DNA of 64,000 nt from Paramecium tetraurelia (GCA_000165425.1 CT868085.1:496001-560000); one strand, 5' to 3'. Counted from the first letter of the stretch, positions 13,959 through 27,234 are shown. The notes: generated by a model not told the origin, from the letters alone. Translations and numbers: made by a program.

Positions 13959-14207
13959 TCATATATGTTTAGCCTTAAAATCAGAAGAGGCTTCTTTGAT
14001 TCCGTCATGTAACTTCTTTAAAGCTTCCTAATATTGAAGTAATGAAACTTTGTTCTAGCCTTATCCACCTGTTGTAGTTTTTCCAGATCCACAAGAGCAT
14101 TTCTTAACCTCAGATGATGCTTCCGGTTAATCATTGTTTCCTCTCAGTTGTTGGGCTGTCACACTGAGTATCAAAAACACAAGCAATAATACTTTTAATA
14201 TATTCAT
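13959..14207 (-). CDS. Small secreted protein (82 aa)
   Basis: Intronless ORF MNILKVLLLVFLILSVTA-QQLRGNNDQPEASSEVKKCSCGSGKTTTGG...DFKAKHI-TGA with a clear signal peptide; GC-richer than its flanks. Confidence 0.7.
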
Positions 14208-14244
14208 TATATTAAATAATAATAATAAAAAACGATTACTCTGA

Positions 14245-15073
14245 TCAATATCGAAATTATAATACTTAAAATGAATCATCATTTAGTAAAGATTTCTTTG
14301 ACTTCTTTTACTAAGTTTGTTAAAATGAATATCTTACAAATCTAACTTTGGATGGAGTTACGAATTCTTCAACATGTTATGATTTCTACTTCCTTAGAAT
14401 ATTTTGAGCATCACGAATGAACTTCCAATCATCCTCTTAAGAATCATTTACATTTTGAGTATAATATCGAGATGAACAAATCGAATCCTTCTTTTTGAGA
14501 GCCATCTCTTCAGAGGCTATTCCTTCGTCTTCTTCGGACTTTGTTAATTCAAATGCGACTCAAATTACTCTAAAATTTATAATCTTTTATGCAAATATTC
14601 TATTTAAAATGATTCTTCACATACATTCGTCGAGTTGTTCCAACTTCTTGACATAAATCTGCCGAATTTCCTTCAATCTTTTATTTATATTGCTTTATTC
14701 TTCATTGATAATTTTCTCTTTTTAAACGAAAGAATGAATGCGCTATGTTATTTCACATTAAGGACGTTCCAAAGATTAATTTGAGTTATTGCCTTATTTT
14801 TTATCTTTAACCGAAAAGTCAATATTATCTGATAGTAATGAAATGTAACTTTTTTGATTTATGTCAATAGGAGATAGTTACAATTGAATTGGTATGTTTG
14901 TATGGCAATAATCACCGAAAATCATAGGAGAGGAATTTTTTATTTTTTAGAATGGATCCAAGTCTAAGGAATCTAAACTTTTAATACTTACAATCATCGC
15001 TCTTAGTTTTGCAGTGAATATTCAATTTCTATACTACAGCATCAAAATCGGTACTCTTTAAGAGTTTTTTCAT
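14245..15073 (-). CDS. Hypothetical protein
   Basis: Starts MKKLLKSTDFDAVVQKLNIHCK, low-complexity body, ends ...DSFQVLQFRY-TGA; at least one tiny intron. Confidence 0.5.
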
Positions 15074-15279
15074 TTGTTCTTTGATTGTTATACTTATATA
15101 ATTATAATTAAAATATAATGGTAATAAAATAATATGAATGTAATCAAAACTAATTTTTATTTTTCAACTTTAATTATTGAAGTTTTCTTTGAACTAATCT
15201 ATTTATTATGGAAAGTATTCCATTTTGAAATCAATAACACAAACATTTAGTCCATTTGATAATTTATAATTATAATAAT

Positions 15280-16119
15280 ATGAGCAATAGATTAGTAGCT
15301 ATTGGGTAAAACTCTTTGATTCCAATTAAAGCAACTGGAAAATTGGGCGATGAGTTTTTTGATAAACCAGAATACGAACCAAATTAAATGGAATTGCTCA
15401 GAAAGAAAGAGAGGCATCAAGAATTGAGAGACAAGGGATATTTAGTTAAGGATAAACTGAATGAAGATGTTCCTGATGATATACCATTTTATGAGATTTT
15501 TGATCCTCCAAACGAAAACTACAGAAAGATCTTTTACCCACAAGATCTGAAATCATAAGTAGCTTACTATTATCATTCTCCACATTTTGAGAATAACGAA
15601 CAATTTTTAGTTGATGAAGAAGATATAGAGTAAGCAGAATAAGCAATTAAGTACTAAGAAGAAGCGAATAGAAGAAAAGAGTCAAAGCTACAAAGATTGA
15701 ATCAACAATTTAAAAAATAGAAAGAATTAGAAGCAGAAATAGAAAGAAGATAGAGATAAGATCAAGCAATTGAAAATGTCAAAAGGGAGAGAATTTTAAG
15801 TAAGCAACCAATTTCATCGCCTTCAAAAAATCAGCCAAAGAAGGTCAGTCCTCATTTACCATTTAAAAATTATGGTTTGGCAATAGTTGGACCAAAGGGC
15901 AAGATGTCAATGCAAAAGGATAATAAAATTAATAAAACGAATAAGATCGTTTAAAAACAGCAGTAAAAAACAGAGGAAGATAATGATAATTAAAAGAAAA
16001 AAACTGTAACTTTCGCTGAAGAAGACGAGGTGAAATACATACCTAAAAATTGGAAATCTTCATCTGAGGAGTTTAGGGAATTGATCAAGCAAAATAAAAA
16101 AAGCAAGAAGTTAAAATGA
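15280..16119 (+). CDS. Hypothetical charged protein with RVxF-type motif (279 aa)
   Basis: Intronless 280-codon ORF MSNRLVAIGQNSLIPIKATGKL...; central coiled coil; C-terminal KKKTVTFAEEDEVKYI. Confidence 0.75.
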
Positions 16120-16167
16120 ATATAGAAGTACTATTATTTTATTTATATTTTTATTGATCTATATATA

Positions 16168-19100
16168 ATGTCTGAGAGTGAAAATTTCAAATTAAGAAGA
16201 GAAATTATACAGCTCAAAAAATAGATTGAATAATTAAGAGAGGATGGTCGTTAAAAGGATTAAAGGATAGCATTCTTGGAAGCCGAATAAGAGTTCCATT
16301 AGGGGAGATATGAAGAATAGAAAGCAAAATATAATGAATTGCTTTATTAGAATGAGAGATTTAGAAAAGATGGTTAATAGGGATGATGCATATACAAAAG
16401 AGACCTTAAAGAATTAATTAGATAAAGCAAGGGATGAATTAGATAGAGAGAAGGCTGCTGTTCAATAATATATTGATTAATTGGAGAAGGTGAAACTTGA
16501 AAATGGTAATCTGATGTGGTAATTGACTTAATTGTCATTGAAATACAAGGATGAAAATATCGTAAAGGATGAATTCCATTACAGAGACGAGGTTTAGGAT
16601 AACAGAGAAAAATTGAAGAATTTAGTGGAGAAAACAAATGCTTTGAATTAGGCTATTGAGAGATTGAGTGCTGAAAACAGAGTATTGCGGAAAATGGCAG
16701 GAGTTCCAGATGATTATTAATTTGAATTGGATGATGTGATTTAAGAAGGGCAATTGTAAGTGGAGAAGTACAGAGCCCAAGTGATTGAATTGGAGAGAGA
16801 AGTGGAAGAATTGGAAGAAGAGAGAGCAAGGTTGAGAAGAAAATTGAGAGAATAAGTAGCTGGAGGTGAAGTGAATTTGGAAGAATTCGATTCTTAATCA
16901 AATAATCAATTGAGAAAGGAAAATTAGGAATTGAGAAGTAAAGTAAAGATGTTGGAGGAAGAAAATGCCCATATTCGTTAAAATTAATAAGATTATGGAG
17001 CTATGGGCATGGGCACATAATAAGGAATTATGAAAGTTACTAATGATTAGGTGTAAGAAATGATGTAGAAACAATAACAGGAATTAAGAGAACAACTTTA
17101 AGAGATAGTCAAGAACTATGAAAGGGTAAAACCTCTAAGACACTACATAAGTCAAATAATCAATTATATAATAAAGATAAGTTGTTGATACGGCTGGATT
17201 GGATAAATTAAGTATGCCTCCTAATCCCATTCCTGGAGCCTTTGGAAATTATAATGATATTAAGGATGGTTACAGTTAGCGCTTTAATGTTAAATTTCCG
17301 GTTGACATGTCTTCAGCATATGGGGATTCAGGCATGGATCAGATGTAATTGAAATACGAATTAGCATCATTGCAATTGTAGAACATAGAGACCTTGAGAT
17401 TATTATAATAGAAGGAAGCTGAGTATATGAATTTGTTATAAGAAGTTACTACTATTAAGGAAGATATAAAGGGAAAATGTTTGTTGGTCTAAGATCAGTT
17501 ATTTGTGAAATACATTGAAGAGAGAGACAAATTTAAGGTGATGTTTGGAGAGATCCAAGAGAAATACAAGGCTTAATTGGATTTGAATGCGGGAAAGCAA
17601 AGATTAAATTAGCTCATTATGAGGAATTTATGAGAGACAGAGAGAAGCCAAAGAAAGAAATGGAAGAAAAGTTAGGAGAGATGGCTAAGAAGACTGCTAT
17701 TTTAGATGTCAATTTGATCAAATTATCTCGAAAGTATGATGCATTGACTGAAGAATATAAATAAATGAAGACCAGTTATACAATAGTAGAGAGTGAGAGT
17801 ATGGCAAAGGAGAAGGAATTATTAGAGAAAATATATAATTTGATTTCATGGAAGAAATCAGCAGAAGAACATATGAGGGTTATGATTAAAGAGTTAAAGA
17901 ATTCAGTACCAGCTGATGAATTCAACAATCTTAGATAAAAGTTAGAATACACATAGGATAAATTGGCTAATGCCTAATTGAAAGAGGCAGAGTATTAAAA
18001 GAGAATGGCAACACTTGAGAGTCATGAGAGAGAAGCATTTGAAAAAGGAGAAAGAGTTAGGTAATTGGAAGAAGAATTAGTGGAAATTTAATTGGAAGAA
18101 GAAGTTATTAAGAAAAGACTGTAGAGTTTTGATTCTGCTTTTGACAAATATGTCAAGATTTATGAACATATTGTTGAGTTTATTAAGATTAAAAATATTT
18201 CAGTTATTGAAATATTTAAATTATTCGATGAGAATGGAGACAACAAGATTTCAAGAAGTGAATTCACCACAGCTATTAGTAATATTGGAGTTCCGGTGTC
18301 TAATGATGATATGGAAGTTGTATTCATGTTTGTAGATTTAGATGGAACTGGTTAAATAGAGTATTAAGAATTCATTAGAAAGCTCAAGAGATCAGGAATC
18401 AATCTTAGAAAACCTGAAGATTAATTACTTTATCAATTATATAATGCAATTAAGGAATCAGGTTACGATTTGAGATCTGCATTCCAAGCATTTGATACTA
18501 ATTGTGATAATGTTATTTCCAAGGCAGACATGAAAGAAGCACTTCTTTAGATGAATATTAAACATGATCAAAAGGCTATTGATTATATCTTTAGAATGGC
18601 TGACACCAGTGGAGATAATTAAATCAATTATGAAGAGTTCTATGTATTATTTGATGAAATTGTGAAAAGTGAATTAATCAATCAAGGAAAATCAATCTAA
18701 CTCAGCTTAGATATTAAGTATCAAATTATGTGTAAATTGGATCAATCAATTAAAGATTAGAGATTAACATTATTAGATGTGTTCAATATGATTGATAGAG
18801 ATGGAGATTAAACAATTACTTTTAATGGAATTTTAAGCTTTGTTTAGAGAATTAGAGGGAGGAATCTCACCTGATTTGGTTAGATAATTGTTTGATTAAA
18901 TGGATTAAGATCGAAATGGTCAAATTAGTTATAATGAAATGTTAAATTATTTGAGAACTGCAAAAACAGAAGAGGAAAAATATCAAAAGTTACAATTTAT
19001 ATAATAGAGAACTGAATAACTGAAAACTATGTAGGAGACCGATGTGACTCTCCAAAAGGCCAAATAAGAAAATTAAGGATAGACATTAGAGGATAGATTG

Positions 19101-21909
19101 AAAATGAAAATAAACATTTTGGAAATGAGGGAAAAAAATGCCTAATTAAAGTGTGATGTGCTACTCAATTAATTAACCAACACAGAATTGACACTTAAAG
19201 AGACAACTAAAACTTTATTTGAACTCCAAAATTAAATGGAGAGATCTAATGATACTTTCTATAGAGATAGAGAGGAGAAACTAATGTTGTTGGAAAAGTT
19301 AAAGGGAGCATTATCCAGAGAAGAAAGTGATAAATTGACTAAACAGATTGAATAACAGAGGTTAACCATTTCTGATTAAAACAGTGCAATTACAACTTAC
19401 AGGTAATTGTATGACACAGCAGTCATGTAAACTAAAAGTATGAAATTAACTATTGAAAAAATCAAAAATGATTCTGACACAATGTAATAAACGATAAAAG
19501 AACTGTAAGCAGTATCTGATTAGAATATGATGATTGGTAAATTGTATCATCATCTCATGATTGCCAGATGGCATGAAGCACAAACTAATCAGAAGTATGA
19601 AAAGGTTTTGGATGAGTTAAGAAAACTCAAATTACAATCTGAGTCATATGATACTACAATTCTTAAACAATCACAAGAAATTATTTAATAAAATACCATA
19701 TTCTCAGAGCAAATTAGATCATATGAACAATAAATTACTGAGCTCAAATTAAAAATATTGCCAACAGTCACTTTATAAAGAGTTGAAGAATAAGCAAAAA
19801 GAGTCAAAGAATTATCAGATATGAAATAGGAGGTTGAAAGATAAAATAGAGAATTGAGAGATAGGTTCTATGAATTACAACTTAAGGCAGACTATTTTGA
19901 TAATTACAAGGAGAAGTTAGATAATCTAGAGAGAAATTTAAGACAGAATAATCCTGATGAATTAAGTTAGTAAATTATAGCTGTAAGTTAAAAGTTATCA
20001 GAAGAAAAAATAGAATTGCTTAGAGTCAAAAGGGAAATGCAAGTGAGTGCTGAGAAACAAGAGTATTTTTAAAGATTAAATAAACAATACACTGACACAA
20101 TTAAGAAGTTAGAGTACGAATTAGCACATGCTGACTTGGATTTGAGGAAAAGGGAAGAAGATTGGAGGAAAAGGTTCTATGAATAAAGAAAAACCATTTT
20201 TGCCTAATTGGGACTCATTGAAAAAGATGATATGAAAGAATATACTTAGAAGAATACAGATGCAAGTAAGATGTTGATTGATGCAATTTAGAAAAAATAG
20301 AAAGAGCAAATGGAACAATAAAATTAACCTACTGAATAATAGTAAGTAGAAATCACATAATATTAGAAAAAAATCTAAGAACTAGAGGCTTCAGTAAAGA
20401 AGAAAAATATTGAAATTGAAGGATATATAGAAAGATAAAAGATTGTTACAAGTGGCACCATTGTATTTCAATAGTAATAATTGGAAGATTATACTAAGAC
20501 ATTATTAGCTTAAGAGGCTGAAAAGGTGTCTGTTGCTGGTTAATAAATGCTTAAGGCAATGCAAGAAATAATTCAGGATAAAGATAGGGAATTGGATAGA
20601 AAGGAATAATAGTTAGATGCTTTGAGGCAAGAGACGTTATTACATAAGAAAAAGGATATTGCAGAAATCTAAAGATTAACAGATCTATTGCATAGAAGAG
20701 ATTAAGTATAACAGGAAGCAAACAAAACAGGTAATAGCAATAATTACAATAATTTTTCATATTTGTAATAAAATTAAATGGCTGAATTGCAACCAGTTTT
20801 AATAGAAAAATATTAATAATAATTATAAGAAAAAGATAGAAAAATTAAAGATCTTGAATTATCATATGAAGCAGAGAAAAGTGCTTTAAAGAAAATGAAA
20901 GAGGAATTAATCAAAACTATTGCCATTAAAGAATAATTAGAAATAGAATTAGATAATGAAAAGAAATTGAATGAAAGCATGTAATATGTGTAAAAGATTG
21001 AAAAATTATAAAATTTAGTTAATGAAAAAAATAACTAATTGGTTACATTAAAGAAAACTGTAGTTGCTTTAAAGGAAGAATAATATAAGATAGCTGGAGA
21101 ATCTATAGACAAGGAGCAAATTTACAAAACTAAAGAATCTAAATTAAATAATAATTCAACAGAACTTGAAACCAGATTAACCAAAATGGTTAATGATATG
21201 AAATTACTAAAAGAGGAAATTAAAGATAAACAGAAAAAGTTAGAACAACTTCAAGAGAAGGAAATTTAACATAGAGCACAAATGACGGATTTACAAAAGA
21301 AAAACTCAGAACTCAAGGCTATCATCTAAGCTGGAGGTGGTAAATTAGAAGAATAAGATCAAACTGTTTCTAACATCCAAGCTAAACTTCAGTAATTTAA
21401 CTAAATATAGATGGAGAAAGTGCAATTGGAGAGAGAAATTCAATTTTTGAAGTAACAAGGAGGAACAAGAGAATTATTTGATAAAGATGCTACATTAAAG
21501 CCACCTACAGGTTTATATTTTAAAACATTCGCAGAGTTGTTGGATACTCTCAAATAATATCTGATAACAAAACCAAAATTTGATTTGCTATTTGAATTTA
21601 AGAAATTAGATAAGTAGTTTACATAAGTATTGCCAATGGGAAGGTTCTTTGAAGTATTATCTAGTGCTGGAGTAAAGTTGAAAACAAGGTATACTATACA
21701 TTAATAGTTTTAGAGATCAAAAATTAGTTATAGACACAATTAAGACAAAAGATGAAAATGCCGATTATTATACTAAATTTTATTATGTTTATAAGGGTTG
21801 GTCTGATAATGTAGTTTAAACTGATTAAGCTGATAAGTAGTAATAATAACAATAGCAATAAATATAATAATAGCAATCACAAAAATTTAGTGCAAAAAGC
21901 AAAAAATGA
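16168..21909 (+). CDS. CEP290: CEP290-like ciliary transition-zone protein with internal EF-hand cluster; four frameshifts in this sequence
   Basis: Ordered CEP290-like blocks: ENRVLRKMAGVP..EVEELEEERARLRRKLR; KKTAILDVNLIKLSRKY..EKIYNLISWK..NSVP; KINILEMREKNA; ELQAVSDQNMMIGKLYHHL. Six EF-hand loops at ~18228-18941. Frame breaks near 16344, 17125, 17593 and 18821; intron near 21690-21713. Confidence 0.8.
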
Positions 21910-21951
21910 AAAAAGATTTGATTGAAATAAAATAAATAATTAATTATTTAC

Positions 21952-23170
21952 TCAATTCATTTCTATAGATAAATTATATTTTTTATATTTACCAGATGAA
22001 ATTCTTGGTTTAGAAGTATTTGTACTGGATCTCCTTTTAATATTATAAATTTTTTACTGTTTTATATTTTACTAAGGCTTAATTTACATAGTTGGAGGTT
22101 GTTTTTATTAGAATTGTTGATGTTACTGGTTTTAATTCTTTTTAATTTGCTATTTTTTCATTTAGTTTAAATATTGGATAGTGCTTTAGGCTCTTACATC
22201 CATTCCAGTGTGGCATCTGGATTGATTTGTAACCGTAGTTTTATTTTTTTAGTGATTATTGGATAGCCTCGCTTTCATCTCTTCCAAGGGTTCAGTAGAA
22301 CATCGATTAGAATTTCTCTAATAGCTGGATAGAGAGGAGCGATTCAACAACTATTTTTTCTATAGTATTTATGCCACAGTTAAAGCTTATTACTATAAAT
22401 CCATAGTTTAACTATTAATATTAACATTAAGATTGATATGACTATTATTAACATTAAAGATATTATTGGTCTTGGATGGATTGCTCTTGCTTTTCTATTT
22501 CAATAAAATGGCTGCGAGAGTGGTTTTGCTAAGTGACTTTTTGGACTCAGTTGGAATGGACTTCTTCACAGAGGAGGTTTTGGTATCTATTTCAAAGGGT
22601 CTTTGATTTTTTTTACTTATACTTCCGTTGATAATGACTATTATAATGTGTTGTGCTGTTGGAATTGCTCTTTGCTCTGGAGGCCCCTTTTTATTCGCAT
22701 TTTTTCTTAACAAAATCTTTGCAATTTATTGTATGCAACTTCCTTTCTAAGTCGTTTAAGATGGTTCTATATGTTTATTATGTAGCTGGATGTTTGGCCT
22801 TTTTAGGTTGAGGAGGCTTTAATTTTTATTAATAAGGTTTTGGCTATAATACAACTGCATCGTCTGATAAATGTTCAGATGAACTATTAAAATTAAAATT
22901 TAGATCTAATTGATCTTCTGATTTTTCATTTCCTTCTGTTTTTAAACGATGGGGAGATTCAATTGTTTAATATTTTTCAGGTGTTTCTTCAAAAGGCATT
23001 CGAGGAAACACATAATCCTATTTTGATTATCTAAATTTGAATTCGATCTCTTCTCTCTATTAACATCTATTTGAATATAATGGTTGGCAAACTTGCATAA
23101 AGTAATCATCTGTTCTATTCGAAGAATCGCAATTAAATTTATCAGTCATTTGTGAATATATATCATCCAT
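21952..23170 (-). CDS. Hypothetical low-complexity Q/S/K-rich protein
   Basis: ATG 23170 MDDIYSQMTDKFNCDSSNR..., long open Gln-rich frame ending near SKPRISS...TGA; exon structure uncertain. Confidence 0.55.
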
Positions 23171-23237
23171 TTCTTATAATTATATTAATAATTATAGTAT
23201 TGAATAATCATTGATAATTTACAATTAGTTAGCAGCT

Positions 23238-24386
23238 TCATTTCTTAAGTAATCTATTCCCTTGAACAACTCGCAATTGCAATTCCTTTACTCTGGCAGC
23301 TCTATTCAAAATTTGCTTAATTTTCTAATCATCCCCACAATAATATTCCAATTCACTCACCAATTCTTAATTCACTTTCATTAAATTGTCTATATGTGTC
23401 TACAATTGCTTCAACTTATTCTTGTAACAATTATTGTCATTGATGATCGTTTGGTTATCCATCTTAGTCTTATTAAACTCTTAATCTGCTTAAGAATATT
23501 ATTCTTAACGATGAAGTTGGGTTTTCTGCAATTAAGCCTTTTTCTTATTCAAATCATCCTTTTTTTGTTACTCCATAATCAAATATTTCCTTTACTTTGA
23601 TAAGTCAACCTCATTTTATTATAATTCTTGATTCATGCGATTTATCTGTTACTCTGTGGATTTGTTGTTTTATTTCTGCTATTGAAATTCCTACTCTATT
23701 TTTTTAATGTGTTCATTGGTATATGCTAATTGTTATTGATACTATATTATTTATGCAAAACTATTACTTTATTTATTTCCTGTTCCTAGTCACTTTACTA
23801 TAATTATATCAACTGATCTTGCAATATCTAACAATCTTATTCTATTTTCCTATTCTTTTGCTAAATCTCATTTATCTTCCTGTTCAAGTCTTTGTTCTTT
23901 ACTTCTGCATTGTAACTTTCCTATTCGAATTGTTCAAGTTTATGTTGCAAATTCTCAATAATTGATGTTTCCTAAATGACCGAATCCGATAATTTATTCA
24001 ACTGTTTTCGTGCCTATTAGATTTCAAGTTATCTTTAATCATTAATTTCTTCTAATTCTTTCTGTTATAAAATTTATCTCTCCTAATCCAAATGTCTCTC
24101 TTTCAATATTTTTGATAATTGGTTAATTTCTTAGGTCATCATCTAAATTTAACCAATACATTATTCATGTTTCTATTTATGTTCATGTTCTAAAAGTAAC
24201 TAAGAAATAAGAATATAATTAAACTTTTTCCTCATTAGCCATCTTTATCTTGATTTCCCATTTCCCCATTTCTTATTCAAGCTATTCTAATTCCTCTTAT
24301 TATTTTTGAGCTTCATAAATATCTGCTTTTAGCTAGGCTATGATAATGTCTTTTTAATCAGATTCGTAATAAGAAGATCTATACAT
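23238..24386 (-). CDS. Ciliate coiled-coil protein
   Basis: MYRSSYYESDQKDIIIAQLKADIYEAQK..., heptad-rich throughout, ends ...RAARVKELQLRVVQGNRLLKK-TGA. Confidence 0.7.
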
Positions 24387-24549
24387 TAAATGTTTTGTTA
24401 ATAAAATTTTATTGTTTAATTAATTAGTTGATTTTAATTAGACAATTAAGTAATTATTTTACCTTAGAAATTATAATAACTTGCCTTTTTCATTAAAGAT
24501 TATCTCTAAATATTTATTAATCAATTATTTATTTAAATTATAAAAGTGA

Positions 24550-27234
24550 ATGAATACAAATAGAACAGATAATGGTTTATTGCAGGACTGTTATTTTGGC
24601 CCTTGTGTTTTGGTTGATTCTACTAATGTGAACAATTATAAAAAAAATTCACCTTCTAGGAATTCAATCTCATCAGATTTTAGTTAAAAAGATATTGAGT
24701 AGTAATCAAATAATATTTCTCGGAATGTAGAAATGTTGCCCATAACTCTGCAAGTGTTGAAGGCCAAATAAAACTTTAGATCTAAGGGGAATCCTAACCA
24801 ATAATCATAAAGCAACTTCATTAAAGGAAGCAAGAGACAATTGCTGGAACCTAAAAATTAAAAATCAGAAGGACCCTCCTTCTTAAAAACTTATATTACA
24901 AATAGCATCATAAATAAATTTAAAAATAACCTATACTTGTCATCGTATGTCCTCCCATATTACATGAAATATATTTTGGATAATGAAAATTACCTATAGG
25001 AGTAAAAGGAAAAAACTAAACTAAATTCAAACAAACAAGAGAGAAGGTATTGAAATTATATTTTAAGTCAGTAAAGAAAATGGCCAAACAAACAAAATGT
25101 TGAAATTAAGTCATTTACTTATGCCTGGGAAAAATCTAACAATTTTATGGGATTTCATATCCTTATTTGTTCTGTTTCTTAGACTATTTTTTTGCACCAT
25201 GATTGCATCCTTTGGATAATCGGATAATTTTTTTAAAGGCTGTGAACTTTTCTTTAATATATATATACTATTTGAGACTTTATTGACAATTTGTAGACCT
25301 GTAATTCTCTAAGGAGAAATTGTAAGTGAGCTTGAATAAATTTGGATTCTCTATTTGAAACATTAAATGTTAGAAGATTTATCCAGTTTTGTTATTTGGT
25401 TTATGATTTATTTTGGTTTAAATTAAGTGATAGTTCTTAATGAAATTTTTGCCATTACACAATTTGTCATAACTGTTAGATAAATAGCAAGAAAATATAA
25501 TATTCAAATCGAATAATTGTATTTAAAAGGATTTAATAGTGATTTTCTAGATTTGATTAGTCTGTTTATCATTATATGTTTTTTTGCTCACACAATGGCT
25601 TGTTTATGGTATTATATAGGCCATATCACTTTGAATCAAGGTTCTTGGTTAACATACTATGAAACAACCAATGAAAATATTTGGGCTAAATATAACCTCT
25701 CTTACTATTGGGCGACTATGACCATGGTTACTGTTGGATATGGAGATATTACACCTAAAAATCAGGTAGAGGTTGCATTCGTATCCATAGTGATGATATC
25801 ATCCAGTTGTATGTTTGCTTACTCAATGAACTCTATAGGAGTGATAGTGAAAACTATTTATGATGAAAAAACAAGATTTAAGTATTCATTTATTGAAACT
25901 TCCCTAGGAGAACGTTAATTTTGATGAATCAATTCATGTCTAAAAACGAAGTAGATTCTTAAATCCAAAGCAGAGTGAAGAACTATATTAAATTTAGTAT
26001 TGAAAATGAAGTCTTAGAAAACAAAGAGGAAACTACTAAAATAATAAATGATTTACCAGTTGGTTTAAGAAAAGAATTAGAATCGGACATTTAATAGAAA
26101 GTTATTTAAAAAATAAAGGTGATAACAGATTATTTTTCAATACAAACTTAAAATAAAGTTAAAAACAATTTATGTCTAGTCAAATTCACTCCTAAAGATA
26201 TAATATACCACAGAGATGATATGAAAGATAAAAATTTGTATATATTCAAATAGTTATGTAGATATTTCATTTCTGAAGGGGAAGTCTAAATCTTCGAAGA
26301 GCAAAGTCAAAAGGTGATCAGGAGATTAAAAGCTGGGGATGTTTTCGGAGAATTTTAATTTTTTACAGGGCAGACTCCTAAAGAATCTACAATAAGTGTA
26401 GGATTTACATAATTATATAGGATAGATAGGGAGAAATTTATAAATATCATAAAACAAACGCAAAAAGATTATGAAAAATTTCATAAAATCAAAGATTCTA
26501 TTTTATATTCTAAAAATTATACCAGCATTCTATCTAAATGTTATATATGCAATAAATATACACATAGAGATATAGAATGCCCTTATTTAACATATTAACC
26601 TTCTAAATATCTAAAGATTTTGAAATTTAACAAGTCTGAACATAACGAAAGACAAAAATACACCAGAAACAATAGAAAAAAGAGCAAAGCATAACTTGAT
26701 CAATAATAGATTGAAGCAACTATACGAGACTATTAAGAATTCTTAACAGAATCAATGTTAAATGACCTCAATGATCAAGTGTTAACATATTAAGTATCAG
26801 ACACTATTAGTGGTCAAATTGAAACAATTCCTATAGATGAATTCAGATAGAAATCTTCAAATTCTATTAATAAGAATATTCAGCAAACTGGTTTAAATAG
26901 AAGAGAATCATAAACACCCAATCTGGACTTAGATAAGAAAAAGTCAGTTGTTTTAATTAAGTAAAAGGTATCTTTAACAGAAGAGGAAAAAAGAAAAACA
27001 CAAATTTATAGGGAAACTTTAATTTTTAAATAGTTAGACCAATTCTAAGTGAAATAACAGTTCTATATGTTGGAAGGCATGGATAAAATGCAGAATTATA
27101 TAGATTATTTACCACATAATAATGCTAATATAGTTATCAGAAATGCAAACAAAGAAAAGCCAAGGACTAAATCTATTAAGCCTTAGGTCTTTAAATTTTC
27201 GAATAATAGTTTTAGAATTGCTAAAAATATATGA
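24550..27234 (+). CDS. K+ channel of the cyclic-nucleotide-binding-domain (EAG/HCN/CNG-like) ciliate family
   Basis: TM segments, HTMACLWYYIG (S5), pore YWATMTMVTVGYGDITP, C-linker, CNBD (YFISEGEV..LKAGDVFGEFQFFTG), then CYICNKYTHRDIECP; several tiny introns. Confidence 0.93.

Noticed and set aside
15280..16119. URI/prefoldin-like identity for the gene upstream of CEP290
   Set aside because: Only vague resemblance in a short N-terminal stretch; no prefoldin helical architecture visible.
16340..18875. Euplotes-style programmed +1 frameshifting in CEP290
   Set aside because: That mechanism depends on a stop codon at the shift site (AAA-TAA/TAG); here TAA/TAG are Gln and the four sites share no motif beyond homopolymer runs.
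21830..21885. TAA/CAA/TAG triplet runs (also within 22000-23000 and 27600-27660) as microsatellites or stop-codon arrays
   Set aside because: They are in-frame poly-Gln tracts under the ciliate code.
5080..24386. Operon-like cluster of cortical/ciliary genes (epiplasmin, TMP, CEP290, coiled-coil proteins)
   Set aside because: Mixed strands, interleaved unrelated genes, and these families are large in Paramecium, so chance adjacency is sufficient.
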